In this document: positions 46,863-49,920 of the stretch, piece by piece
Layout: every line of letters starts with the position of its first letter
How positions within the stretch are numbered: position 1 is the stretch's first letter
DNA from: Eubacteriales bacterium
GTDB lineage: Bacteria; Bacillota; Clostridia; Oscillospirales; CAG-272
Direction of reading: 5' to 3'
DNA: 49,920 nt
Assembly (NCBI GenBank): GCA_045593985.1
Contig: JAZNXR010000095.1
Span: forward strand, 1 to 49,920
The notes under the pieces: generated by a model
What the model was told of the DNA's origin: nothing
Database searches by the model: none
Seen by the model: only the letters and a program-made list of their open reading frames with translations
Translations under genes and position numbers: made by a program

Positions 46863-46898
46863 TTTTATAATTATACCAATTATAAAATACAAAGTCAA
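46863..46898 (-). promoter_or_regulatory. sigmaA promoter of the GH35 gene with an operator-like palindrome
   Basis: Minus strand TTGACT-N17-TATAAT. TTTTATAATT-atacc-AATTATAAAA overlaps the -10. Confidence 0.75.
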
Positions 46899-46920
46899 TG
46901 ATAATAATCAATATTTTAAC

Positions 46921-46955
46921 AAAAAACGGACAAAATGAACCCATTTTGTCCGTTT
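46921..46955 (-). terminator. Intrinsic terminator of spoIVA
   Basis: AAACGGACAAAATG-aacc-CATTTTGTCCGTTT, with a T tract on the minus strand. Confidence 0.85.
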
Positions 46956-46964
46956 CTCACATAT

Positions 46965-48443
46965 TTAGAGAATTATGCAGATAAGTCCGCCGCTTCCCTC
47001 GTTAATAACCTTTTCAAGGGTTTCGCTTAAGCGCTCCCGAGCTTCAGAGGGCATGTGGTCGAGCTTCGATTTTAAGCCGTCGTTTACAAGCTCGTGGAGA
47101 GTTTTGCCGAAAATATTCGATTCCCAGATCTTGTCGGGGCTTTCGGTATACTCATCCGTCATACGCTTTACAAGCTCCTCGGATTGAGATTCCGTACCGA
47201 CAATGGGATTTATTTCGGTTTCGATCCTCGCCCTTATCATGTGAATTGACGGGCCTCCTGCCTTAAGCTTAACGCCGTAGCCGCCGTTTTGTCTTACGAT
47301 TTCCGGCTCATCGAGAGTCAGCTCGCTCAGGTCGGGCGTGACGATTCCGTAGCCGTTTTCGTTTACGTCGTCAAGAGCCTTTGCGATTTTATCGTATTTT
47401 TTCTTCATCTCGGAAAGCTCACGAAGCAGTCCGACAAGCGTTTCCTCACCTGTGATCTCAAAGCCCGTCATCTCGCCGAGAGTCTTATAGTAAAGCTCCT
47501 GCGGCAATCGGACGTTGAGCCGTGCGTCGCCCGTACCGAGATCTATTTCGGTAATTGCGCCGCTTTCTATATATTCGTTTTCCGATATGCCGTCAAATGC
47601 GCCCTTTACATCGGCTATTTTGCTTATTTTCGATGCTGACGAGAGGACGCTGTCCTTTACCGAAATATAAATCGGATGATCGTCACCGAGTGCACAGAGC
47701 CAAAGAGGAATGTCAACCGATATCTGTCTTATCGGGAACTCCATAAGTATCATTTCAAGAATGTGCTTGATGTCCTCGCTGTTCAGCTCAAGGCAATTCA
47801 CAAGCGCAACCGGAACGCCGTATTCTTTTTCGATTTCGGTTGCAAGGCGAATGCTTTCATCACGCGAAGGATCTGCTGAGTTCATAATGATGGCAAACGG
47901 CTTTCCCATCGTTTTAAGCTCGTTTACTATTCTCTTCTCTGCTTCAACGTAATTCTGTCTGCCGATTTCGCCGATCGTGCCGTCGGTGGTTACAACAACG
48001 CCGATAGTTGAGTGGTCGGTTATAACCTTTCTCGTGCCGTATTCTGCGGCTTCGGTAAAGGGCATCGGCTCCTCTCTCCAAGGTGTCGTGACCATTCTCG
48101 GGCCGCCGTTTTCGATATGCCCCATTGCTTCGGGGACTATGTAGCCGACGCAGTCGACCATTCGTACCGACAGTCGGGCGTTATCGGAAAGCACGATCTC
48201 AACCGCTTCGTCGGGAATGAATTTCGGCTCTGCAGTCATAACGGTCTTTCCTGCCGCGCTCTGCGGCATCTCGTCACGCGCACGCTCACGGTCGAAATTG
48301 TTTTCGATGTTAGGTAGCACCAGGTTTTCCATAAAACGCTTGATAAAGGTCGATTTTCCCGTTCTCACAGGCCCGACAACTCCTATATAGATGTTCCCTC
48401 CCGTGCGCTCGGCAATATCGCGGTAAATATTTGAATTCATCAT
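46965..48443 (-). CDS. spoIVA: Stage IV sporulation protein A
   Basis: IYRDIAERTGGNIYIGVVGPVRTGKSTFIKRF, VDCVGY and C-terminal NEGSGGLICIIL. Start is ATG 48443 or 48440 after GAAAGG. Confidence 0.98.
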   Translation of the reverse strand: MMNSNIYRDIAERTGGNIYIGVVGPVRTGKSTFIKRFMENLVLPNIENNFDRERARDEMPQSAAGKTVMTAEPKFIPDEAVEIVLSDNARLSVRMVDCVGYIVPEAMGHIENGGPRMVTTPWREEPMPFTEAAEYGTRKVITDHSTIGVVVTTDGTIGEIGRQNYVEAEKRIVNELKTMGKPFAIIMNSADPSRDESIRLATEIEKEYGVPVALVNCLELNSEDIKHILEMILMEFPIRQISVDIPLWLCALGDDHPIYISVKDSVLSSASKISKIADVKGAFDGISENEYIESGAITEIDLGTGDARLNVRLPQELYYKTLGEMTGFEITGEETLVGLLRELSEMKKKYDKIAKALDDVNENGYGIVTPDLSELTLDEPEIVRQNGGYGVKLKAGGPSIHMIRARIETEINPIVGTESQSEELVKRMTDEYTESPDKIWESNIFGKTLHELVNDGLKSKLDHMPSEARERLSETLEKVINEGSGGLICIIL

Positions 48444-48499
48444 CTTCTGATACCTTTCTCTCATAGCGACGGCGGAGCCGTTCTGCCTCTTTTTGTATA

Positions 48500-48561
48500 T
48501 TACTATGCGGAGCTTTTCACTTCTATGACAAGGCATTAAAAATCGCTATGCGGCATAGTAT
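48500..48561. promoter_or_regulatory. Back-to-back sigmaE-like promoters for spoIVA and ylmC/ymxH
   Basis: Minus strand TCATA-N16-CATAGTAA (48528-48500); plus strand GCATT-N16-CATAGTAT (48533-48561). Confidence 0.6.
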
Positions 48562-48585
48562 TAAAAAAACGAGAGGAGAAAAATT

Positions 48586-48828
48586 ATGGATTGCTTTTTA
48601 ACCGACCTGAAAAACAAGGAGGTCATAAACATATCGAGCGGAAGGCGGCTCGGGTTTGTTTCGGATATTGAGCTTGACACCTGCGATGCAAGGCTTGTTG
48701 CCCTTATAATTCCCGGCGAAAGTGGACTTTTTTCAAAGTCCCAAAGCATTAAAATACCCTGGGCTTGCATTGAACATATCGGCGAGGATCTTATAATCGT
48801 TAAAATGAAGGATCCCGTGCCGAAATAG
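48586..48828 (+). CDS. YlmC/YmxH family sporulation PRC-barrel protein
   Basis: DLKNKEVINI..GRRLG.V.D and IPW..I..IG.D.I.V. SD GAGGAG. Confidence 0.93.
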   Translation: MDCFLTDLKNKEVINISSGRRLGFVSDIELDTCDARLVALIIPGESGLFSKSQSIKIPWACIEHIGEDLIIVKMKDPVPK

Positions 48829-48829
48829 C

Positions 48830-48862
48830 AAAACGCCTCAAGGTCGTCCTTGAGGCGTTTTT
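48830..48862. terminator. Bidirectional intrinsic terminator
   Basis: AAAACGCCTCAAGG-tcgt-CCTTGAGGCGTTTT. Confidence 0.9.
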
Positions 48863-48864
48863 AT

Positions 48865-49566
48865 TTATTCTCTGTAGCCTTGATCCGTAAATCTATCCGT
48901 TCTTGTATCTCCATCACCAAAATCCCACTCAACGGTTTTGGGCAACCCGTTTGAATGAAATTCCGAAAAAATGCAAGAATACTCCTCCTCCGTTTTTCCT
49001 GACTTACGGTATACGTTAACACCGATTTGTCTTCCTGCGCCGCTATACAAAAACTCATTCGTCTCTGTACTATCGGCTGTCTTTGTAGTGATTTCTTTGA
49101 TAATTCCTCTTTCAAGATCGTATGTAAAATCAAACGACATTCCCTTCAGTCCCATTGCTTCCATCATCATGTCATCAAGAATAAAACCGCCCTTTTCCAA
49201 CATGGCTATTTCCATGCTGTCTTCATCCGGATCAAGCGAATTTCTGTATTCGTCTGAGTTTTCACCGATTACATTGCGTTGCATGGTGGCTTTCATTACA
49301 ACGTAAACGTTTCCGTCCTTCTCAAGGAAATATATTCTTTTATCGCTAATTATACAAGAACTATCATCATCAAAGTAAGAATATGATTGGACAAGCGTAG
49401 CATCGTCACATTTTAAGGTGATTTCGTTCGTCCATACCATACCGTCACTTATAAAGATTGCAGATACAATTTTTTCGTCACCATCGTTGCCGCCTTTTTT
49501 TCTGTCGCAAGCGCATAGTGAGACAAGCATAAAAATCGCCATCAAAATTGCCAAAAACTTCTTCAT
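48865..49566 (-). CDS. Uncharacterised lipoprotein
   Basis: MKKFLAILMAIFMLVSLCAC lipobox and an acidic beta-rich body. SD AGGTGG. Confidence 0.82.
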   Translation of the reverse strand: MKKFLAILMAIFMLVSLCACDRKKGGNDGDEKIVSAIFISDGMVWTNEITLKCDDATLVQSYSYFDDDSSCIISDKRIYFLEKDGNVYVVMKATMQRNVIGENSDEYRNSLDPDEDSMEIAMLEKGGFILDDMMMEAMGLKGMSFDFTYDLERGIIKEITTKTADSTETNEFLYSGAGRQIGVNVYRKSGKTEEEYSCIFSEFHSNGLPKTVEWDFGDGDTRTDRFTDQGYRE

Positions 49567-49614
49567 TTTTTAATCCACCTTAATTTTTATTCCGCTATCG
49601 CAGTTGATACTCAT

Positions 49615-49660
49615 ATTATAACCTGTTTCAGGTTATTTGTCAATACTCTGAAACAGATTA
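49615..49660. promoter_or_regulatory. sigmaA promoter of the lipoprotein gene with two related operator-like palindromes
   Basis: Minus strand TTGACA-N17-TATAAT (49643-49615). Sites TAACCTGtttCAGGTTA (49619-49635) and TACTCTGaaaCAGATTA (49644-49660). Confidence 0.75.
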
Positions 49661-49699
49661 ACATATAATATCATTATAAAATGTTTTGGAGAGATAAAT

Positions 49700-49909
49700 A
49701 TGTATCGCAGAATCAGGGACCTACGTGAGGATCACGAGCTGACGCAGACGCAGATAGCAAAAATTCTCGGAATGTCGCAAACAGGATATTCAAAATATGA
49801 AACCGGCGAAAATGACATTCCCACGTCTATTCTTATTCGCCTTGCCCGCTTTTACAACACCTCTATTGACTACCTTCTCGGCGAAACCGACGATCCAGTG
49901 AAGCATTGA
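49700..49909 (+). CDS. XRE/Cro-family HTH transcriptional regulator
   Basis: RIRDLRED..LTQ.QIA..LGMSQ..YSKYETG...IP...SIDYLLG. SD GGAG. Confidence 0.95.
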   Translation: MYRRIRDLREDHELTQTQIAKILGMSQTGYSKYETGENDIPTSILIRLARFYNTSIDYLLGETDDPVKH

Positions 49910-49920
49910 ATTGAACACAA

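Noticed and set aside
45059-46870. 603-aa plus-strand ORF antisense to GH35
   Set aside because: It is exactly codon-aligned with the sense gene and explained by avoidance of TTA/CTA/TCA codons. It has no SD and no recognisable motifs.

Overview
Chromosomal segment of a spore-forming, low-to-mid GC Firmicute (Clostridia-like; spoIVA, yqfC/yqfD, ylbJ and ylmC/ymxH present). It is mostly core genome: the 3' part of secA, topB, yajC, apgM-lepB-rbgA-rnhB, glyQS, guaB, glpK, hpf, uppP-ftsK, yqfC-yqfD-phoH-ybeY-era-recO-mutS2, a Re-citrate-synthase-like enzyme, rpsF-ssb-rpsR with its leader RNA, and spoIVA. Accessory content comprises GH78 and GH35 glycosidases, a two-gene TerB-N/TerB-C plus DUF2791 (BrxD-like) ATPase module with no adjacent helicase, a solitary MmeI-like type IIL restriction-modification gene bracketed by an exact 10-bp direct repeat and carrying an AT-rich specificity half, and an XRE regulator/lipoprotein pair with twin operator-like sites. 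Several unusual cis-elements are visible: an apparently leaderless topB, a Shine-Dalgarno separated from the rnhB start by a perfect hairpin, and a terminator/anti-SD hairpin overlapping a sigmaE-like promoter. No rRNA, tRNA, CRISPR array, integrase or transposase was recognised. All family assignments come from motif recognition by eye, not from database searches.
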